A stretch of 64,000 bases of DNA from Dehalococcoidia bacterium (lineage in GTDB: Bacteria > Chloroflexota > Dehalococcoidia > Lucifugimonadales > VXLM01): positions 62,001 through 126,000 of the forward strand of contig OY759598.1 of NCBI GenBank assembly GCA_963662435.1. Direction: 5' to 3'. Made by a program: the position numbers and the translations under genes. Position 1 is the first letter of the stretch. The number at the start of each line of letters is the position of its first letter. Shown one piece after another: positions 59,328 to 64,000 of this stretch. Below the pieces are notes generated by a model, which worked only from the letters and a program-made list of their open reading frames with translations, made no database searches and was not told the origin of the DNA.

Positions 59328-60995
59328 CTAGACGATCTCGTTTTGTGGACGCGCCCTATTCTTACTACAGTACAAGTAAGCTGGAGCTGGTGGGCCGACG
59401 TGTACGGTAGACAGAACCGAGGCGTCAAGGGCTACCCTCTCGTTGGCCCGACCGGCTAAAAAACTGTCGTCCGGCATAGGCACCGTATAGCGAATCAGGG
59501 CGTCGCCGGGAATGACGATGATCTCCTTGACGAAGGACTCGATGAAGGCCCTGCGCTCGGTCAACTCGCTCTCTTCCAGGAAGTCCTTCATGTCCTTGGC
59601 GTAAGCCGCGATGGTGTTTACATCGTCCAGGTACGCTCTGCGCTGAGAAAGGACAGCCCTGGCATCCGCCGCCGCATCTTCAAGACGCTCCTTGCGCTCG
59701 CGGTGCTCCTTTATCCTGTCCGAGGCGTCGGCCATGTCAATGTCGGTGGTCTCGATGGCATTCCAAATCCGGCCCAGCCTCCGCTTCACGTCCTCAAGCT
59801 CATCTTCGATGGTCTCCAGCCTCTTCCGCTGCTCGCCGGCGACGCCGTCCATCTCCTCGTCCACGGTCCTCACCAGATCGGTGATGCTCTTCTCGGTGAG
59901 GATGTTGGAGCGAATCTTGTCCACGATCATCTGCTCGAAGCGACGGGCATTGAGCCTCGGAGTATGGCAAGCGTCCTTGCCCCGCTTCATGATCGACTGG
60001 CAGACGTAGTAGGCGAACTGGCCACTCTTGGCGTCCTGCCCGCTGAGCGCTCTGTTGCAGGCCTTGCACCTGACAAGCCCACTGAGAAGGTAGGTGCTTC
60101 CAACCCTTCGAGGGTGGGAGGTCTTGGGAGCGCGGGAGCGCATCAGCTTGCTGACGAGGCTGTACTGGCCCTTGGTGATGATGGCTGGGAACGCCTCCTC
60201 CACCCGCACCGGCTCGGCGTTGTCCTTCGCGTTGACTCCCCAAATGAGGGTGCCAGTGTAGGCTTCGTTAACGAGGATGGTATGGACGCTGGTCTTGCCC
60301 CACAGCTTGCCTTTGGGGCTCAGGATGCCCTCGTCGTTGAGGGTCCTTGTGATTTCAGTCATCCCGTTGCCCGCCTCGGCCATGTCGAAGATGCGGTTGA
60401 CGATGCGGGCTTCATCCGGGTTGGGCTCCAGCGTGGGGCGCTTCTTCGGCCCGTCCTGGACCATGACTCGGTTGTAGCCAAAAGGAGCATAGCTGGAGAC
60501 CCAGAAGCCGCGGGAGGCGGACTCTCGCATCCCTCGGGTGACCTCTTGGGCCAAGTTCTCCGAGTAGAACTCGTCCACGCTCTCGATGATGGCCTCCATC
60601 AGCTTGCCGGTGGGGGTGTCGTCGGCGTGTTCCGTGATGGAGACGACCCTGACGCCTTTGCGCCTGAGCAAGGACTTGAAGGCGACGGCGTGTTCGCGCT
60701 TGCGGGTGAAGCGGGAAAACTTCCAGACAAGGATCTCCTTGAAGGGGGCCTCCGCCTTGCTGGCCGCTTCAATCATCTTCCGGAACTCCGGCCTGTCGGC
60801 GATGCGGCCGCTCTCGGCCTCGTCCACGTACTCGCGGACGATGACGTAGCCGTTCTTGTGTGCATGGTCCCTGAGCGCCCGCAGCTGCGCCGCCACGGAC
60901 AGGTCCACGTCCTGGCGGTCGCTGGACACCCTGGCGTAGAGGGCGACAGGTGTGTAGTCAGTACTATCGTTCATTGGCGTGTTCTCCTTGGTCAT
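59328..60995 (-). CDS. Large serine recombinase LSR-2
   Basis: Close paralog of LSR-1: YARVSSDRQDVDLS, SRFTR, CKAC Zn ribbon. Alternative start at 60974. Confidence 0.95.
   Translation of the reverse strand: MTKENTPMNDSTDYTPVALYARVSSDRQDVDLSVAAQLRALRDHAHKNGYVIVREYVDEAESGRIADRPEFRKMIEAASKAEAPFKEILVWKFSRFTRKREHAVAFKSLLRRKGVRVVSITEHADDTPTGKLMEAIIESVDEFYSENLAQEVTRGMRESASRGFWVSSYAPFGYNRVMVQDGPKKRPTLEPNPDEARIVNRIFDMAEAGNGMTEITRTLNDEGILSPKGKLWGKTSVHTILVNEAYTGTLIWGVNAKDNAEPVRVEEAFPAIITKGQYSLVSKLMRSRAPKTSHPRRVGSTYLLSGLVRCKACNRALSGQDAKSGQFAYYVCQSIMKRGKDACHTPRLNARRFEQMIVDKIRSNILTEKSITDLVRTVDEEMDGVAGEQRKRLETIEDELEDVKRRLGRIWNAIETTDIDMADASDRIKEHRERKERLEDAAADARAVLSQRRAYLDDVNTIAAYAKDMKDFLEESELTERRAFIESFVKEIIVIPGDALIRYTVPMPDDSFLAGRANERVALDASVLSTVHVGPPAPAYLYCSKNRARPQNEIV
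59358..59418. repeat. att-like site 4: core TGGTGGGCC (59388-59396), inside the 3' end of LSR-2
   Basis: Right arm GACGTGTACGGTAGACAGAACC; left arm ATTCTTACTACAGTACAAGTA offset by AGCTGGAGC. Confidence 0.8.
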
Positions 60996-61189
60996 TCCTG
61001 CTCGTTCTGGCGGGCCTGGGCCGGTTTGCGGAGCTCTCCCTGGTGCCTCTCACGGGCGTCCATGTATTGGCGAAGGGCTTCGCGGATCAACTCGCTCATG
61101 GTGCGGCCCTCGTCCTCCATAACCTGCCGAACCTGTTCGGCCATCTTTGGCGGCATCGAAATGGTGATGGCCTTTCGGGTTGTAGGCAT
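60992..61189 (-). CDS. CopG/ribbon-helix-helix regulator
   Basis: KAITISMP...VMEDEGRTMSELIREALRQY; stop overlaps the LSR-2 start. Confidence 0.88.
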   Translation of the reverse strand: MPTTRKAITISMPPKMAEQVRQVMEDEGRTMSELIREALRQYMDARERHQGELRKPAQARQNEQE

Positions 61190-61210
61190 TCTCTCTTTTT
61201 GTCTCCTAGT

Positions 61211-61261
61211 GTATGACAAAGTCATACTATTATCATGACGGAAGAGGACGCCGTTTGTCAA
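61211..61261 (-). promoter_or_regulatory. Putative promoter/operator of RHH-LSR-2
   Basis: TTGACA at 61261-61256; inverted repeat GTATGAC-AAA-GTCATAC at 61211-61227. Confidence 0.6.
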
Positions 61262-61299
61262 TGCTGCTGGGGACAAGTAGGCGTCGTCCTTTTGCCTTG

Positions 61300-62502
61300 C
61301 TAACGGAACAGATTGAGATCCGGCACAGCATCCGTTGGTATCCCCTGCACAATTGCACGCCCGAATTGGCCGTTCGGAATCCATGAGTTGTTCGTCCACG
61401 CCGTCCTCATGAGTTCTTTACGGCGCGAAGTCAGTGACTCCCATGCTCTGGTTCCAATGCACAAGTTCTCCGCAAGTACGATGGCGTGCGATGAGATCGC
61501 CTCTTCCAGCGGTACGCCTTGCAGCGCCTCGAATGTCGTCATCTCTTGGTCCATCTTGCTGAGGTGACGTAACGCCACATCCTTATCTTGAGCTACGGTG
61601 CAATAGTGGAGCGTCGCAGCGTGTCCACGATTGGTGGGCATGACGGTTATTCCCCAAACGCCGTTCGACTCAATCGGCCTGGCTGGTGACGACAGGAAGT
61701 CCACCCAGTGATGGTCCCACACGCCGGCGTTCGAGCAGGCTATCCTCGGAGACCCCGGCAGCAGCCTCGTGACATGTCTGATCCGCCAGTTCAGGACGGG
61801 ATAGGACAGGGACACTCTCAAGAGCCCACTCGCCAAGGCAAGTGTCGATGGCTGGGAGTTCGCGGCTGGTGTCCCCAGTCTCGTTGCCTTACCGACAGTC
61901 CCGATATGGGTACGGGCGACCTCCGTAGCTACTAGCTCTCCGTGGAATGCCTTGAGCACCGCTCTATAGAACAGTAGGTTCAACCTTGTTGGGTCGTTGG
62001 TGTCCGTAGTTCTTTGGTCCGCTGGCTGAAATACCGCATCGTGCTCGGCGCACGTAAATCCCGCAGTCGTTGCCCGACGTATGCTCACCTTGTGCGGGAT
62101 CGCGGGCATTTGCCCCGGGGGACCTGTCGGCTTCGGGCTAGGTCGAAACAGATAGACCTGCTTGGGCCCGATTTGCTTCAGCCAATTGCGCGGAACGGTA
62201 TGGGCATCTATCGGCTGGCCGGTGCAACCGGGTTGATGAAGGCACTGATTCGCCCGTACTTCGCTTGTAGCAAGTATCTGCTGTGTGAACTTGCCGGTTT
62301 CTTTTGCGTCCAAGGTCTTCCAGTCTCCGACCTGGGAGGACAGGCCGCCGTCACAGGCCACGACATCGAGGCAGTTGGCTTGGCAGACGCCAGCAGTGAA
62401 TACGGCGTTAGGTTCAAGGTCTTCGTAGAACCAGATCGAAACCGGCCCGTTGCATTTTGGGCAATGGGGTTCGTGGGGAGTTGTGATGGGGCACTGGTAC
62501 AT
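61300..62502 (-). CDS. Cys-rich hypothetical protein, possible HNH-like nuclease
   Basis: CPKC...C...C; C....C....IDAHTVP..WL ... GFTC..HD..F. Confidence 0.5.
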   Translation of the reverse strand: MYQCPITTPHEPHCPKCNGPVSIWFYEDLEPNAVFTAGVCQANCLDVVACDGGLSSQVGDWKTLDAKETGKFTQQILATSEVRANQCLHQPGCTGQPIDAHTVPRNWLKQIGPKQVYLFRPSPKPTGPPGQMPAIPHKVSIRRATTAGFTCAEHDAVFQPADQRTTDTNDPTRLNLLFYRAVLKAFHGELVATEVARTHIGTVGKATRLGTPAANSQPSTLALASGLLRVSLSYPVLNWRIRHVTRLLPGSPRIACSNAGVWDHHWVDFLSSPARPIESNGVWGITVMPTNRGHAATLHYCTVAQDKDVALRHLSKMDQEMTTFEALQGVPLEEAISSHAIVLAENLCIGTRAWESLTSRRKELMRTAWTNNSWIPNGQFGRAIVQGIPTDAVPDLNLFR

Positions 62503-62641
62503 GGTTACTGCCTATGGTCTGAAAGGATGGCCCTCTCTCTGCTCAGAGGCGTGACGTGACGGTTCGGACTGCTCTTGACGGCCTTCTAGCCATGGCTCCA
62601 CGAGCTTGCCTCGCTGGCAGAGTTGCCGCCGGGTCGTCACC

Positions 62642-63085
62642 TCAGACATTGGATTGACCCTGGGCCGCATCGCCGCGACCCGCCACACCCACGGGACCGC
62701 GCCTCCCCGGAATCACCTCGACCGGCGTGGGAATCAACCACTCGGCTCCTGCCTTCACCGCTCCCCTCAGTCTTCCGTCCCGTGCCAGCTTGCGCACCCT
62801 GCGCTCCGACACCCCCAACCTGGCAGCCGCCTCCCGCACCGTCACATTGGCGACATCGTCCTCGGCGGCTTCGGATTCCAGCTCGAACTCGACGGGGGTC
62901 GGCTCCCCAAGCGTGCTCATGTCGTGGATGAGGAACCCTATGACCTCGCCGTGGTCGTCCAGCCGCTTGAGGATGCGTTCGTCCTCGGTGGAGGTGAAGT
63001 ACCCCTCTCTCACAGCCCACACAACCTCAAGGATGTCCCCCTCGTGGTCGTAGGAGACGAGCACCTTTCTGTTCGTCATGGTCAT
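62642..63085 (-). CDS. DUF2283 domain + excisionase-like HTH protein (putative antitoxin)
   Basis: YD.EGDILEV...D..GEVIGF.I; VTVREAAARLGVSERRVRKL..DG.L. Confidence 0.8.
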   Translation of the reverse strand: MTMTNRKVLVSYDHEGDILEVVWAVREGYFTSTEDERILKRLDDHGEVIGFLIHDMSTLGEPTPVEFELESEAAEDDVANVTVREAAARLGVSERRVRKLARDGRLRGAVKAGAEWLIPTPVEVIPGRRGPVGVAGRGDAAQGQSNV

Positions 63086-63390
63086 TCTCCCTTGATGCTT
63101 CGAGCCAGGTAGCCGGTGAGGATGAAGGAGTGGTCCGCCTCCCTCTTCACCACGAGGCAGAGGTAGCGGTTCCTACCCCGCAGGTCTGGATAGAGCCGGT
63201 AGTAGAGCTGGACCGCGGGGCTGGACCTGGAGGGCCTCACGGCGTCCGGTTCAGCGAGGGTCTCGGCGAACCGCTGCAGGTGGAAGGCCATTTCCGGGTG
63301 CCTTCGCAGAATGTGCCCGAGCCGTTCGCCGGTGAGGCGAACCTCGTCTCCGTGCCGGTCGATGAAGCGGCGCACGCCGGACTCCATCAC
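63082..63390 (-). CDS. BECR-fold (PBECR2/DUF4258-like) putative RNase toxin
   Basis: VRLT.ER..HI..RHPEM...TL.EPD...S...LYYR...LVVK...FILTGY; coupled to the DUF2283 gene. Confidence 0.7.
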   Translation of the reverse strand: MMESGVRRFIDRHGDEVRLTGERLGHILRRHPEMAFHLQRFAETLAEPDAVRPSRSSPAVQLYYRLYPDLRGRNRYLCLVVKREADHSFILTGYLARSIKGE

Positions 63391-63447
63391 CGGATACCGT
63401 ACCGCAAAGTATACCGCTTCGCGGCCTGTACCGGCAATGCGCTGTGC

Positions 63448-63681
63448 CTAAACTTCACCGCGATTCTCCTCGCCGCCGTCCGCCTGGGACATCTGGGACT
63501 CGGCCTCTTGCTTTCGGATGTAGGAGCGCACGGCGACCCTCGCCCAGATGCGCAGCCCCCTTTGGAAGGCCTCGCGCTGCTTGGGCGTGTACCCCGCCAT
63601 CAGCTCCGACGGCGACTCCTCAGGCAGGTCGCCGTCTATTCCCTTTCCGGTGGGTTTCTCTTGGCCGTTGCTATCTCTCAT
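63448..63681 (-). CDS. Small hypothetical mobile-element protein
   Basis: 77-aa ORF in the same orientation as its neighbours (QRGLRIWARVAVRSY). Confidence 0.5.
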   Translation of the reverse strand: MRDSNGQEKPTGKGIDGDLPEESPSELMAGYTPKQREAFQRGLRIWARVAVRSYIRKQEAESQMSQADGGEENRGEV

Positions 63682-63795
63682 GTCGCTCGGTCGCAGCGGC
63701 GGGACTTCTGTGCCGCTGGCCTCTCGTTTCAGGTCGGTGGGTGGGCCGCCGGGCGCGGACGGAACGGGGCGAGCGCCCGGCGGCGTTCGTGCCGG

Positions 63796-64000
63796 TCAGT
63801 TGTCGAAGAACGTCATCTGGAACCCGTCGCCCATGAGGATCTGGAGGCCGCCGGGTATCCGGCCGGCGTACCGGCAGAGGGCGTGCATAGCGCCCCCCGA
63901 CGGCTCGACGCCCTTGCGCCACCGGTACATCTGCTTGTAGTCGACGCCGATGGCGATGGCGAGGCCGCTCCAGGTGAGGCCGCTGTCCTTCTTCAGCCGA
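63796..64000 (-). CDS. XRE-like HTH protein (5' end outside window)
   Basis: Hand translation: RLKKDSGLTWSGLAIAIGVDYKQMYRWRKGVEPSGGAM...FDN*. Confidence 0.7.
   Translation of the reverse strand, partial: RLKKDSGLTWSGLAIAIGVDYKQMYRWRKGVEPSGGAMHALCRYAGRIPGGLQILMGDGFQMTFFDN

Noticed and set aside
36380..59420. tRNA genes at the att cores
   Set aside because: Only the 9-nt 3'-end-like sequence is present, with no T-loop or cloverleaf; any target RNA gene would lie outside the window.
59703..61238. 511-aa plus-strand ORF and similar long antisense ORFs (e.g. 49055-50023, 54303-55208)
   Set aside because: Shadow ORFs opposite well-supported high-GC genes.

Overview
High-GC bacterial chromosome window. 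Gene content points to Chloroflexota, probably Dehalococcoidia/SAR202 and possibly host-associated; this is inference only. The left ~35 kb is core and catabolic: a Cph1/Rcp1-like two-component trio, gatCA, SDR, a DHDPS-family gene plus two SelA-like PLP enzymes, sortase, TlpA, an M6-like peptidase, Kelch and NHL proteins, archaeal-type PEP carboxylase, a TusA-DsrE-TusA::MetE operon, fumC, ltaE and rarA. From ~35.7 kb to the window end is an integration hotspot. It holds a decayed P4-type tyrosine integrase, followed by four copies of a 9-bp core TGGTGG(G/A)CC (36386, 38349, 57737, 59388) flanked by ~20-bp arms, several of which pair as inverted repeats. These sites delimit a 19.4-kb large-serine-recombinase (LSR) defence element, two small integrase-less cassettes (FN3 genes; one HEPN gene) and a second LSR element that runs off the window. 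The 19.4-kb element carries an unusual type I R-M operon (leaderless HTH-HsdM, single-TRD HsdS, embedded ATPase-TOPRIM and AlbA genes), a Replic_Relax protein, and an HTH-coiled-coil-TM gene surrounded by TGAYRCGTCA boxes. No rRNA, complete tRNA or CRISPR array was seen. Domain calls come from motif recognition by eye, not database searches.
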